Source: an uncultured Balneolaceae bacterium (GTDB lineage: Bacteria > Bacteroidota > Rhodothermia > Balneolales > Balneolaceae). From it: a stretch of 64,000 nt of DNA. The number at the start of each line of letters is the position of its first letter. The stretch's first letter is position 1. The translations under genes and the position numbers were made by a program. Location: positions 13,502 through 77,501 of the forward strand of contig CAZPWQ010000001.1 of assembly GCA_964590495.1 (NCBI GenBank), given 5' to 3'. This document shows, piece after piece, positions 1-9,376 of this stretch. Under the pieces are notes generated by a model. It made no database searches and was not told the DNA's origin. It was given only the letters and a program-made list of their open reading frames with translations.

Positions 1-1820
1 GTAATATCAACATATATTCCAAAAATGGCTATTGTCTGCCCCTCCTCTATAGTCACAGGTACACCGTAAACCAATACATCAACAAGACTGCCATCCTTTC
101 GTTTTCGCTTACCCGATACGTTTATTGTTTCTCCTCCAAATATCCGATTGGATGCTGCCTGGGCCTTAGGCATTTCCTCTTCCGGAACAATAAGTTTATC
201 AATATCCAACCCCTCTATTTCTCCGGATTCATAGCCAAAAATTTCCGTAAAAGCCGTATTGACCGTACGGACATCCTGTCTCTTATCCATCAAAACAATG
301 CCAATGGGAGCATTCTGAAACAGTTGCCTGAACATTTCTTCATTTTTTCGCCCCTGCTCCTCGGCTTCATACCGCTGGCTGATATCCCGGGAGATTGCAA
401 GTACTACATCTTCACCAAAATAACTGGCGGGATTGAGTATCACCTCTTCAGGAAAAACTTCGCCATTTTTCCGTATCCCCCACTGATCAAAATGTTGCGG
501 TTCTCCATGCAAGGCTTTGTAAAAATATCCCCAGGTCTCTTCCAGGTCCACTTTTCCCGGCGCTGCCAGTACATCAGGAGTATTACCAATCAGGAACTCC
601 CGTTCATAACCGTTCAGGGCTACAGCACTCTCATTTACCTCGATAAACTTTCCTTCTTTATCCTGAATGTAAATAGCATCGCTAATGGAATCGAACAGAT
701 CTTCAAAGCTCTCCACACTGGCCCGGTACCGCTCATAAGCCAGCTTGCTATCCGTAATATCTACCAATGTCCCCACTACAGCCGGCTTACCCAAGTAGTT
801 TATTCTCGAACCGTAAACTTTCACATGTATGATTTGTCCATCTTTGGTGACACAGCGGAAATCATACTTCATCGATTTAATTTTCCCTTCCAATCGATCC
901 CTGATATTTTTATCTACTAGCGGTTCATCCTCAGGATGGGCAAGATCTAACGGGCCCAGGTTATACTCAATCTCTTTTTTAGAGTAGCCAAAAATTTGAC
1001 AAAAACGTGGATTAACATATTTAAATACGTAGTCCTGAATCAAATATACTCCTACCAGAGATTCTTCAGAAAGTGCACGAAACAAATTCTCAGTTTGTTT
1101 ACGCCTGCTGATATCCGTTATCAGTGAATGTATAGAAACCAGCTCTTTACTTTTATTGAACAAAACCGAATTATACCACTCACAGACTATCACATCCCCA
1201 GCTTTTGTGCGTGCTTTGCCTTCGGTGCTGTAATGATTACTGCCATTGGCGACAGCCTGATTTATATTCAGGAAAGCGGCATCCAGTTCATCCGCAGGAA
1301 TTAACCTTTCAAAAAAATCTTCTTTGCCCAGTACTTCATTTTCACTCCAACCAAAAAGATCCTCCGCTTTTTCCGACCACTCTAATACCCTCATTTTATC
1401 ATCCCATTTAATCTCTGCCAGAGGAGTATTCGTTTGATGTGTGATCGGCTTTGGAAATTTATAGCGGTCAAATTCCTGCTTGTTAATCAAATCCGAAACA
1501 TCATGTGCCACAACAAGTTTAGCAGATCCGCCTTTATGCATAAAAACATGAGAGGTAAACTGTACATACCGGGTTTCACCGGACTTTGTTTTGTGAATCC
1601 ATATCTTATCTGCTGATTTTTTACTTTCTAATGTGATATTACCCAAGACCGTACGTTTTTCTTTCGAGCCCAGATCATTCACATTCATCGACAGAAATTC
1701 TTCACGGCTATACCCGTAAATTGATATTGCAGACTCGTTGACATCCAATATATCCAGAGTCTGGTGATCTAAAACAAAAATAGCGTTATTCGATAAAAAT
1801 GAATTTTTACTATATCCCAT
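1..1820 (-). CDS. multi-PAS-domain sensor protein, N-terminal ~606 aa (gene continues past the left window edge)
   Basis: Absent from the ORF track because it runs off the edge. My reverse-strand translation from ATG (complement of 1818-1820) stays open to position 1: MGYSKNSFLSNNAIFVLDHQTLDILDVNESAISIYGYSREEF... Several PAS-like modules each end in a DI(T/S)-type boundary (LITDISRRKQ, LVDITDSKLA, AISRDISQRYEAEE, GIYVDIT). The plus-strand ORFs 324..920, 1205..1411 and 1434..1616 are antisense shadows. Confidence 0.8.
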   Translation of the reverse strand, partial: MGYSKNSFLSNNAIFVLDHQTLDILDVNESAISIYGYSREEFLSMNVNDLGSKEKRTVLGNITLESKKSADKIWIHKTKSGETRYVQFTSHVFMHKGGSAKLVVAHDVSDLINKQEFDRYKFPKPITHQTNTPLAEIKWDDKMRVLEWSEKAEDLFGWSENEVLGKEDFFERLIPADELDAAFLNINQAVANGSNHYSTEGKARTKAGDVIVCEWYNSVLFNKSKELVSIHSLITDISRRKQTENLFRALSEESLVGVYLIQDYVFKYVNPRFCQIFGYSKKEIEYNLGPLDLAHPEDEPLVDKNIRDRLEGKIKSMKYDFRCVTKDGQIIHVKVYGSRINYLGKPAVVGTLVDITDSKLAYERYRASVESFEDLFDSISDAIYIQDKEGKFIEVNESAVALNGYEREFLIGNTPDVLAAPGKVDLEETWGYFYKALHGEPQHFDQWGIRKNGEVFPEEVILNPASYFGEDVVLAISRDISQRYEAEEQGRKNEEMFRQLFQNAPIGIVLMDKRQDVRTVNTAFTEIFGYESGEIEGLDIDKLIVPEEEMPKAQAASNRIFGGETINVSGKRKRKDGSLVDVLVYGVPVTIEEGQTIAIFGIYVDI

Positions 1821-1997
1821 AATATCCGGTTAAGACTATTGTGCTATTCCCGTCAAAATTTTTCTCTCATTATCCATTCGTTTGAAATGTAACAAAATTA
1901 AAACAAACCTTATTAATACAAAACGATGCAAAATTAATACATTTTTACGGCTGTGCCTCTTCCCTATTTTTTATATCTTTACAAGCTTATAAAAAGG

Positions 1998-2128
1998 CTT
2001 TGTAAAACCGAAGTGTCACCCTGAATTTATTTCAGGGTCTGTTGCAAAAATTATATTTGAAGCTTCTAAGGAACAATTGCTTACAGATGCTGAAACAAGT
2101 TCAGCATGACATAGGTGGTTTTGCAAAG
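1998..2128. repeat. composite palindromic element upstream of thrS (outer stem plus three internal hairpins)
   Basis: Outer inverted repeat CTTTGTAAAACC (1998-2009) / GGTTTTGCAAAG (2117-2128). Hairpin ACCCTGAA-tttat-TTCAGGGT (2018-2038). Hairpin ATGCTGAA-acaag-TTCAGCAT (2087-2107). Central pairing TCTGTTGCAA (2038-2047) / TTGCTTACAGA (2077-2087). Confidence 0.6.
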
Positions 2129-2176
2129 TCCTCTATAAAAAGATAATTAATTTAAATACAGCAGAGAACTTCCTGC

Positions 2177-4117
2177 ATGGCAGAACAAGTTACGATAATA
2201 TTTCCGGATGGAAGCGAAAAAAAATATCAAAAAGGTGTGACCGGACGTGAGGTAGCCGAATCTATTTCAAAGGGACTTGCACGTGAAGCGCTCAGTATTA
2301 CGCTTGATGATGAAATCATGGAGCTGGATCGCCCTATCGAACACGACGGTCCGATCACCATCAACACATGGGACAGTGAAGACGGCAAGTATACCTTTTG
2401 GCACTCATCGGCCCACCTGCTCGCCGAAGCGGTACAAGAGCTTTATCCGAATGCCAGGTTTGGTATCGGCCCTCCTATTGAAAACGGTTTCTATTACGAT
2501 ATTGATTTCGGTAATCAAACCGTTGGTCAGGATGAGCTTCCTGAACTGGAAGAGAAGATGATTGAACTGGCCCGAAAGAAATCAGAGTTTGATCGAAAAG
2601 AGGTATCCAAACAGGAAGCCCTCGAGTTTTATAAAGAAAAAGGGAATGAATACAAGATTGATCTGATCAAGGACCTTGAGGACGGCAGCATAACCTTTTA
2701 TACACAGGGGGAATTTACCGATCTCTGCCGCGGACCACATATTCCCGATACCGGTCGCGTCAAAGCGGTAAAGCTGACCAATGTTGCAGGTGCCTATTGG
2801 CGCGGAGATGTGAACAGCGAACAGCTTACCCGTATTTACGGGATCTCCTTTCCCAAGCAAAAACTGCTCAAGGAGTATGAGCACCAGATGGAGGAGGCTA
2901 AAAAACGCGATCATAAAAAGCTTGGCAAAGAACTCGGTATCTATATGATTGATTCTATGGTGGGACAGGGTTTGCCCGTTTGGCTGCCGAACGGAACAAC
3001 CATTCGCCGTACGCTGGAAGCCTTTCTCAGGAAAGAACAGAAAAAACGAGGTTATCAGGAAGTTATTACCCCGCACATCGGCAACCTGGAGCTCTATAAA
3101 ACTTCAGGACATTATCCATACTATCGGGAATCGCAGTACGACCCGATACGGATGGAAGATGAAGGCTACCTGCTTAAACCGATGAACTGTCCGCACCACC
3201 ACCGCATTTACTCCAACGAATTGCGCAGCTACAGAGATCTACCGCTGCGACTGGCCGAATTTGGCAGCGTCTACCGCTATGAGCAGTCGGGTGAGCTGAA
3301 CGGCCTTTCAAGAGTCCGTGGTTTTACCCAGGATGATGCCCATATCTACTGCACTCACGGGCAGCTTAAGAATGAGATTAAAAACTGCATCGATCTCACC
3401 GAGTTGGTTTTTGGGACTTTCGATATGCCGGTGGATATCCGCCTTTCCTTCCGTGATGACAACGACGAAAAGTATGGGGGAGAAACCGAATACTGGGAAC
3501 GTGCCGAGCGGGAAATAAAAGAGGTAGCCGACGAAGTAGGCCTTGATTATAAAGTGGCGCGTGGAGAAGCCAGCTTCTATGGTCCCAAAATTGATTTTAT
3601 CATTCGCGATGCTATCGGAAGAAAATGGCAGCTGGGTACGGTTCAGGTTGATTATGTAATGCCGGAACGGTTCGATCTCACTTACATCGGTTCCGACAAC
3701 AACAAGCATCGACCCGTTATCATCCACAGAGCTCCGTTCGGTTCAATGGAACGATTTACCAGTATCCTGATTGAACATTTCGCCGGCGACTTTCCGGTCT
3801 GGCTCGCTCCGGTTCAGGTCCAGGTAATTCCGGTTTCTGATGATTTTAACGACTACGCCTACAAATGTGCCGGAAAACTGAAGGAGTATGATGTACGTGT
3901 TGAAGTTGACACCAGAAGCGAACAAATTGGCGGAAAAATCAGAGATGCGGAAACGAGCAAGATACCTTATATGTTAATCGTAGGTGAAAAGGAAAAAACT
4001 GAAGATACTGTTTCCGTTCGTCGCCATAAAGAAGGCGACATCGGAACTTTTGATTTTAATGAATTTATTTCTAATCTCATTGAAGAAATAGAAAACAAAG
4101 AAATACCGAAGCATTAA
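2177..4117 (+). CDS. thrS: threonine--tRNA ligase
   Basis: 646-aa ORF with a TGS-like N-terminus (IIFPDGSEKKYQKGVTGREVA), class II core motifs (LKPMNCPHHHRIY, FGSVYRYEQSGELNGLSRVRGFTQDDAHIY, IIHRAPFGSMERF) and an anticodon-binding tail. Canonical ThrRS length and canonical thrS-infC-rpmI-rplT context. Confidence 0.97.
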   Translation: MAEQVTIIFPDGSEKKYQKGVTGREVAESISKGLAREALSITLDDEIMELDRPIEHDGPITINTWDSEDGKYTFWHSSAHLLAEAVQELYPNARFGIGPPIENGFYYDIDFGNQTVGQDELPELEEKMIELARKKSEFDRKEVSKQEALEFYKEKGNEYKIDLIKDLEDGSITFYTQGEFTDLCRGPHIPDTGRVKAVKLTNVAGAYWRGDVNSEQLTRIYGISFPKQKLLKEYEHQMEEAKKRDHKKLGKELGIYMIDSMVGQGLPVWLPNGTTIRRTLEAFLRKEQKKRGYQEVITPHIGNLELYKTSGHYPYYRESQYDPIRMEDEGYLLKPMNCPHHHRIYSNELRSYRDLPLRLAEFGSVYRYEQSGELNGLSRVRGFTQDDAHIYCTHGQLKNEIKNCIDLTELVFGTFDMPVDIRLSFRDDNDEKYGGETEYWERAEREIKEVADEVGLDYKVARGEASFYGPKIDFIIRDAIGRKWQLGTVQVDYVMPERFDLTYIGSDNNKHRPVIIHRAPFGSMERFTSILIEHFAGDFPVWLAPVQVQVIPVSDDFNDYAYKCAGKLKEYDVRVEVDTRSEQIGGKIRDAETSKIPYMLIVGEKEKTEDTVSVRRHKEGDIGTFDFNEFISNLIEEIENKEIPKH

Positions 4118-4120
4118 TTA

Positions 4121-4693
4121 ATTTTAAATAAAAAGATAGAGGTTACTATCGGAAGAAGAAGACGACAACGTCCACGGGGAAATGAGGATCGCCCCAACGT
4201 CAATGACGAAATACGATCATCGAAAGTCAGAGTTATCAGACCTGACGAAGAACATGAGATTGTCCCCATTGACCGGGCTATCGAGATTGCCGAGTCATAT
4301 GGGTTGGATCTGGTAGAAGTTGCACCGAAAGCCAAGCCACCGGTTTGCAAGGTGATAGACTTCGGAAAATTTATGTACGAAAAAAAGAAGAAAGAAAAAG
4401 AAGCCAAGAAAAAGCAGCATACGGTTCAGGTTAAGGAGTTGCGTTTCCGCCCAAACACCGATGATCATGACCTTGAATTCAAAACACGGCATGCACGTGA
4501 GTTTCTGGAGGATGGTGATAAAGTTAAAGCTACAGTCCAGTTCCGGGGAAGAGACATGCTTTATACTGAAAAAGGCGAAGAATTGCTGCATAATCTGGCT
4601 GAAGAATTGAGTGATATCAGTGAAATTGAATCGAAGCCGAATATGGAAGGCAGACGTATGATCATGATGCTCTCGCCTACAGGGAAAAGCTAG
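4121..4693 (+). CDS. infC: translation initiation factor IF-3, probable non-canonical ATT start
   Basis: IF-3 core is present ([67 protein letters not shown]). The track ORF begins at an internal TTG (4304). The frame is open back to the thrS stop (TAA 4115-4117) and encodes the expected N-domain ([36 protein letters not shown]). There is no in-frame ATG/GTG/TTG/CTG between 4118 and 4303. ATT at 4121 fits the well-known AUU start of infC. The start is uncertain by a few codons (ATA 4136 is an alternative). Confidence 0.85.
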   Translation: MLNKKIEVTIGRRRRQRPRGNEDRPNVNDEIRSSKVRVIRPDEEHEIVPIDRAIEIAESYGLDLVEVAPKAKPPVCKVIDFGKFMYEKKKKEKEAKKKQHTVQVKELRFRPNTDDHDLEFKTRHAREFLEDGDKVKATVQFRGRDMLYTEKGEELLHNLAEELSDISEIESKPNMEGRRMIMMLSPTGKS

Positions 4694-4763
4694 ATACCAG
4701 ATACCGGATGTCAGATACCTGTACACAATTATCTGGTATCCGGGATCTGGCATCTGGTATCTA
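4691..4763 (+). repeat. long imperfect hairpin beginning at the infC stop codon (CAGATACC-type repeat units)
   Basis: Left arm TAGATACCAGATACCGGATGTCAGATACC (4691-4719). Right arm GGTATCCGGGATCTGGCATCTGGTATCTA (4735-4763). About 23 of 29 positions are complementary, including a perfect 12-bp base. The loop is 15 nt. Confidence 0.7.
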
Positions 4764-4820
4764 GTTTTCATATCTTCCAACCCTTTTAATTCTAAGAAAT
4801 TTCTATACAGGTGTATTGTT

Positions 4821-5021
4821 ATGCCAAAGATGAAATCAAACAGTGGAGCAAAGAAACGTTTCAAGGTTACCGGTACCGGTAAAATTAAGCGCAAGAAGGC
4901 TGGTAAAAGCCATATCCTCACGAAAAAGAGTAGTAAGCGAAAACGAAAGTTGGGCAAGGCCACTTTCGTCGATAAGACGCAGAAGAAAGATGTCCAGCAT
5001 ATGATTCCTTACAAAACCTAA
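4821..5021 (+). CDS. rpmI: 50S ribosomal protein L35
   Basis: 66-aa highly basic [39 protein letters not shown], located between infC and rplT. Confidence 0.95.
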   Translation: MPKMKSNSGAKKRFKVTGTGKIKRKKAGKSHILTKKSSKRKRKLGKATFVDKTQKKDVQHMIPYKT

Positions 5022-5051
5022 TTGAACCATTAACTTTTAAACACAGACAAA

Positions 5052-5399
5052 ATGCCACGTTCAAGAAATAAGGTGGCTTCCCGTCGCCGTCGCCGTAAGA
5101 TTTTAGATCAGGCGAAAGGTTACTGGGGCAAGCGAAAAAATGTGTATACCATTGCAAAGAATGCGGTCGAAAAAGGGATGCTGTATCAGTATCGCGACCG
5201 CAAAGTTCGCAAGCGTGAATTCCGGAAACTCTGGATCATCCGCATTAATGCAGCTGCCCGTCAAAACGGTACGACCTATTCGAGACTGATGGGAGCCCTG
5301 AACAAACAGGATGTTGAAATTAATCGCAAGGTCCTGGCTGATCTTGCTGTTAAAGATCCGGATGCTTTCACAGCTATCGTTAACGAAGTTTCTAACTGA
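5052..5399 (+). CDS. rplT: 50S ribosomal protein L20
   Basis: 115 aa: [30 protein letters not shown]...[20 protein letters not shown]. Typical L20 sequence and position. Confidence 0.97.
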   Translation: MPRSRNKVASRRRRRKILDQAKGYWGKRKNVYTIAKNAVEKGMLYQYRDRKVRKREFRKLWIIRINAAARQNGTTYSRLMGALNKQDVEINRKVLADLAVKDPDAFTAIVNEVSN

Positions 5400-5420
5400 T
5401 AGCATGCAGTTATTTTAAAA

Positions 5421-5461
5421 CCGATTCTCCCCGATGCATCGGGAAGGGGATCGGTTTTTTT
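5421..5461 (+). terminator. rho-independent terminator after rplT
   Basis: CCGATTCTCCCCGATGCATCGGGAAGGGGATCGG forms a long GC-rich hairpin (5421-5454), followed directly by a run of 7 T. Confidence 0.8.
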
Positions 5462-5661
5462 ATTGACGGCTTTCTGATATTTTAAATGAAAAATACAGGC
5501 CAGTGATATGGAATACAGATGACACAGATGCAACGGATGACCGCCGATAAATAATAAATATCTGTTCCCGAACGCTTTCGGGACGCATCTGTTTAATCCG
5601 CGTTCTATTTAACAAAAGACTATAAGTGACACGGTAGCAACCGATTAATTACGTTTATTCA

Positions 5662-6678
5662 ATGCTTTCTAAAATTGGCGCTCTCAAAAAAGATATTGAG
5701 CAATATACTATAACCGATGAAGATGAACTCGAAGCTTTCAGGCTTGAGTTTCTTTCGCGGAAGGGCAAAATCCAGTCGATGTTCGGGAAAATGGGCGAGG
5801 TGCCGAAAGAAGACCGGGCCGATGTGGGTAAAGCCATGAATGAGGCGAAAAATCTGGCACAGGATAAGTTTGAAGAGACCAAAAAAAAGCTTACCCGGAA
5901 AGATTCTGCATCAGTAAACGCTAAAGATGATATTACTCTTCCGGCACCGCTTTATTCTCCGGGTTCTTTGCATCCGCTGACACAGACGCTGGAGGAAATG
6001 AAAAAGATTTTTTACCGCCTGGGATTTTCAATTGCCCACGGACCGGAGATCGAAGATGATTTTCATAACTTTACGGCATTGAACTTTCCTCCCAATCACC
6101 CGGCGCGGGATGAACAGGATACTTTTTTTATCAGAAAGGATGATGATCCGGACACAGATGATCTGGTTTTACGCACTCACACCTCTCCTGTTCAAATCCG
6201 GTTGATGCAGGAAAAAGAGCCGCCTATTCGTTCCATCATGCCGGGACGTGTGTACCGAAATGAAGCTGTTTCTCCCAAATCATATTTCCTGTTTCACCAG
6301 GTTGAAGCGCTTTATGTGGATACGGATGTAAGCGTAGCGGAGCTTAAGGAAACACTAATCAGCTTTGCCCGACTGATGTTTGGAAGCGATGTCAAATACC
6401 GGCTGCGCCCCGGTTACTTTCCTTTCACGGAACCCAGCCTTGAGATGGATATATGGTGGGAAACGCCCAATTCCGGGGATGACGGAAAGTGGCTGGAAAT
6501 TCTCGGTTCCGGTATGGTTGACCCAAACGTATTTCGCCATGCAGGAATCGACCCGGAAAAATATACGGGATTTGCCTGGGGTATGGGCGTGGAACGCATC
6601 GCACTGCTTCGTCATGAAATCGAAGATATCCGTATCTTTTATGATAATGACATTCGGTTCCTGGAACAATTTCACTAG
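5662..6678 (+). CDS. pheS: phenylalanine--tRNA ligase alpha subunit
   Basis: 338 aa. Class II motifs: HPARDEQDTFF, LRTHTSPVQIR, FPFTEPSLEMDIWW, WLEILGSGMVDPNV, GFAWGMGVERIALL. Confidence 0.97.
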   Translation: MLSKIGALKKDIEQYTITDEDELEAFRLEFLSRKGKIQSMFGKMGEVPKEDRADVGKAMNEAKNLAQDKFEETKKKLTRKDSASVNAKDDITLPAPLYSPGSLHPLTQTLEEMKKIFYRLGFSIAHGPEIEDDFHNFTALNFPPNHPARDEQDTFFIRKDDDPDTDDLVLRTHTSPVQIRLMQEKEPPIRSIMPGRVYRNEAVSPKSYFLFHQVEALYVDTDVSVAELKETLISFARLMFGSDVKYRLRPGYFPFTEPSLEMDIWWETPNSGDDGKWLEILGSGMVDPNVFRHAGIDPEKYTGFAWGMGVERIALLRHEIEDIRIFYDNDIRFLEQFH

Positions 6679-6749
6679 CTTGTTTTCTCACAAAAATATT
6701 ATATATGTAATCACCTGTAGCATAACATGTTGCATAGTTTTAGAACAGA

Positions 6750-6839
6750 GGCGCAAAGGGCAAAGCGCATGGCGCATGGCGTATAGCAGGCGTTGTTCCT
6801 ACGCTATGCGCTCGGCTCTATGCGCTATGCCTTTTCGCC
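6750..6839. repeat. imperfect palindromic intergenic element (GCGCATAGC-type units) between pheS and pheT
   Basis: Left arm GGCGCAAAGGGCAAAGCGCATGGCGCATGGCGTATAGC (6750-6787). Right arm GCTATGCGCTCGGCTCTATGCGCTATGCCTTTTCGCC (6803-6839). Complementary blocks are GCGTATAGC/GCTATGCGC, AGCGCAT/ATGCGCT and GGCG..AAAGG/CCTTTTCGCC. It generates the spurious ORF 6380..6865. Confidence 0.6.
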
Positions 6840-6956
6840 TTACTGAGGAAAAAACTTCTTGGTGAGAAATCCGGGCTAATACATTCAAAGCCACAATTGG
6901 CTGTCAATTAACTATACAACGCGGGATATAGCTGCAGTTAAACTTTATTTTGCTAA

Positions 6957-9365
6957 ATGAAAGTATCATATAACTGGCTCAAAGAATTTATTGATCTTGA
7001 ATTATCTCCTGAAGAAACGGCACATAAGCTTACGCTTATAGGCCTTGAGGTAGAAGAAGTAACGAATTTCGGCAGTAAACTGGAGGGAGTTGTTGTCGGT
7101 GAAGTACTGGAAGTCAAAGAACACCCTAATGCAGACCGGCTTTTGCTTTGTCATGTCGACACGGGCAAAGAAAAGGTGCAAATAATCTGTGGTGCCGACA
7201 ATGTGGCTGAGGGACAGAAGGTACCGGTAGCCACTGTCGGAACGACACTCCCCGTTAAGACTGATAATGGTGAACCGTTTACCATAAGGAAAGCTAATCT
7301 TCGGGGTGAAGAATCTTCCGGTATGATATGTTCGGAAGCCGAACTTGGTTTCAGTGACGACCACAGTGGCATCATGGTTCTTGATGAATCTCTGCAAACC
7401 GGAACGCCATTGTCTGAGGCTATCGATCTTTATACAGATTCCGTTATAGATATTGAAATAACTCCCAATCGTCCCGATGCCACATGTCACACCGGTGTAG
7501 CACGAGATCTTTCCGCAGCTTTGGATCTGGAACTGAAAAAACCGTACCAGACCTGGTATGGTGAGGGAGCACCTCTTCCGGATATTGATATCGAAATCAA
7601 GGCTCCCGAAAAGTGCCATCGATATGTCGGAAAAATGGTAGAAGGAATAACCGTAAAAGAATCCCCCGCATGGCTCAAAAACCGGCTTACGGCATTGGGA
7701 GTTCGTCCGGTTAACAATATTGTGGATGTTACCAACTACGTACTCCTGGAAATGGGTCAACCCCTTCATGCTTTTGATTTGAAGACCCTGAAAGGCAATA
7801 AAATAATCGTCAGGGATTATGATGAACCTGTTGAATTCGAAACACTCGATCATGTAAAACGAACCTGTTCGCCGGGTACATTATTTATTTGTGATGCCGA
7901 GGAACCGGTCGCGATAGCAGGTATCATGGGCGGTGTGGATTCGGAAGTTAGTGACCAAACAGAGGATGTTCTTATTGAAAGTGCCTGGTTCAATCCGGGA
8001 TCCATACGTAAAACTGCAAAAGAGCAAACCCTGCAGACCGATGCCTCCTACCGCTTTGAGCGCGGTGTGGATCCCCGTCTTCAGCGTATAGCAGCCGAGC
8101 GGGCAGCGAAACTGATAGCAGAAACAGCCGGCGGAACTATTGTGGATGGATGTACAGACGTACATCCGGTAAAGACGGAAGAAAAAGAAATTACCCTGCG
8201 CAAATCATATGTAAACCGGTTGCTCGGCACCGAACTACGTGTGGATGAGATCAAGGACATCCTGCATGGGCTGGAATTGAAAGTTCTCGGGGATAATGAG
8301 GAGGGAGTAACCTATTCCATTCCCACTTTTCGTCCCGATCTGACACGGGAGGTGGATCTGATTGAAGAAGTGGGCCGCCTGTATGATTACAACAAAATTC
8401 CGTCTCCAAAACATGCGAAATTCACCTCTCCCGAGCCGATAAGCAACTGGGAAGAACTTGTTACAAAATCAAGATCGATAGCCCAAGGCATGCGTTTCAG
8501 GGAAATTTATACCAATTCCCTGATGCCGGAAGCCGATGCCGGGCTGATGGGAAATCTGGACAATATGATTCATACCCTGAATCCGATATCAAAGGATATG
8601 ACAATCCTGCGTTCATCACTGCTGTACGGATTCCTTCGTTCGGCTGCCTATAACTTTAACCGAAAAGCCAGCCAGATCCGGATGTTTGAGATCGGGAATG
8701 TCTTTCAACAGACTTCGGAAGGAACCTACTACAGCAATATTTTGGAGGAAACCAATATTTTATTTGGTCTCGCAGGATTTAAAACGATTGAACACTGGAA
8801 AACAGAGCCGGAGCCTTATGATTTCTTTGACCTGAAGGCACCTGTCAACAGCTTTCTGCAACAGCTAGGTATTGCCGAATATGTTGATACAGATATTGCA
8901 GACAATAATTCACTGGTTTATTCCTATAAAGATAAGGAGATAGGAGGTTTACAGCGGATACCTGAAAAACTTCTAAGCCATTATGAAATAGAGCATTCCG
9001 CTTTTACAGGAGAATTTTCACTCACCAGCATAGATAAAATACGTGATGAAATCGCGGATCGTGAGTACCAGCCGGTTTCCAAATTTCCTTCATTTGAGTT
9101 TGATTTTGCCGTGGTTGTCGATTCTTCTATAATAGCCGGTACTCTTCTTAAGACTATCAGACATACAGCAGGCGAATCTCTTCAGGATTTGCAGGTATTT
9201 GATGTTTTTGAGGGGGAGTCGCTGGGTAAAAATAAAAAAAGTATCGCATTCCGTTTGTCTTTTGTTGATAAAAATAAAACCTTGACTATCAAGGATGTAG
9301 AACCTATTATCAAAAATGTACTAAAGGTGCTTGACGAAAAATATTCAGCTAAACTTCGTTCTTAA
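6957..9365 (+). CDS. pheT: phenylalanine--tRNA ligase beta subunit
   Basis: 802 aa. N-terminal tRNA-binding domain (VEEVTNFGSKLEGVVVGEVLEVKEHPNADRLLLCHVDTG), B3/B4 and B5 regions and a C-terminal FDX-ACB-like end (KSIAFRLSFVDKNKTLTIKDVE). Directly follows pheS. Confidence 0.97.
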   Translation: MKVSYNWLKEFIDLELSPEETAHKLTLIGLEVEEVTNFGSKLEGVVVGEVLEVKEHPNADRLLLCHVDTGKEKVQIICGADNVAEGQKVPVATVGTTLPVKTDNGEPFTIRKANLRGEESSGMICSEAELGFSDDHSGIMVLDESLQTGTPLSEAIDLYTDSVIDIEITPNRPDATCHTGVARDLSAALDLELKKPYQTWYGEGAPLPDIDIEIKAPEKCHRYVGKMVEGITVKESPAWLKNRLTALGVRPVNNIVDVTNYVLLEMGQPLHAFDLKTLKGNKIIVRDYDEPVEFETLDHVKRTCSPGTLFICDAEEPVAIAGIMGGVDSEVSDQTEDVLIESAWFNPGSIRKTAKEQTLQTDASYRFERGVDPRLQRIAAERAAKLIAETAGGTIVDGCTDVHPVKTEEKEITLRKSYVNRLLGTELRVDEIKDILHGLELKVLGDNEEGVTYSIPTFRPDLTREVDLIEEVGRLYDYNKIPSPKHAKFTSPEPISNWEELVTKSRSIAQGMRFREIYTNSLMPEADAGLMGNLDNMIHTLNPISKDMTILRSSLLYGFLRSAAYNFNRKASQIRMFEIGNVFQQTSEGTYYSNILEETNILFGLAGFKTIEHWKTEPEPYDFFDLKAPVNSFLQQLGIAEYVDTDIADNNSLVYSYKDKEIGGLQRIPEKLLSHYEIEHSAFTGEFSLTSIDKIRDEIADREYQPVSKFPSFEFDFAVVVDSSIIAGTLLKTIRHTAGESLQDLQVFDVFEGESLGKNKKSIAFRLSFVDKNKTLTIKDVEPIIKNVLKVLDEKYSAKLRS

Positions 9366-9376
9366 CTATTGCAGCT

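Noticed and set aside
324-1616. Plus-strand ORFs 324..920, 1205..1411 and 1434..1616 from the track.
   Set aside because: They lie antisense to a continuous minus-strand frame (1..1820) that encodes well-formed PAS modules. Their own sequences are low-complexity with no recognisable motifs.
1821-2176. T-box or tRNA-mimic operator controlling thrS.
   Set aside because: No T-box consensus or specifier/antiterminator arrangement was recognised. The hairpin loops do not resemble a threonine anticodon loop. The hairpins look like members of a generic repeat family.
5462-5661. pheM-like Phe-rich leader peptide or attenuator upstream of pheS.
   Set aside because: No short ORF with consecutive Phe codons was found. 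The only strong terminator (5421-5461) belongs to the end of rplT, and the rest is repeat-like DNA.
7002-7853. Long antisense ORFs inside well-supported genes: 283 aa in pheT (7002..7853), 224 aa in P2 (58806..59480), 197 aa at 41758..42351, 165 aa at 51168..51665, 164 aa at 38803..39297 and many shorter ones.
   Set aside because: They are typical shadow ORFs opposite strongly supported coding frames. They show no motifs, odd composition (Cys/Phe/Ile/Arg-rich) and no independent start or terminator context.
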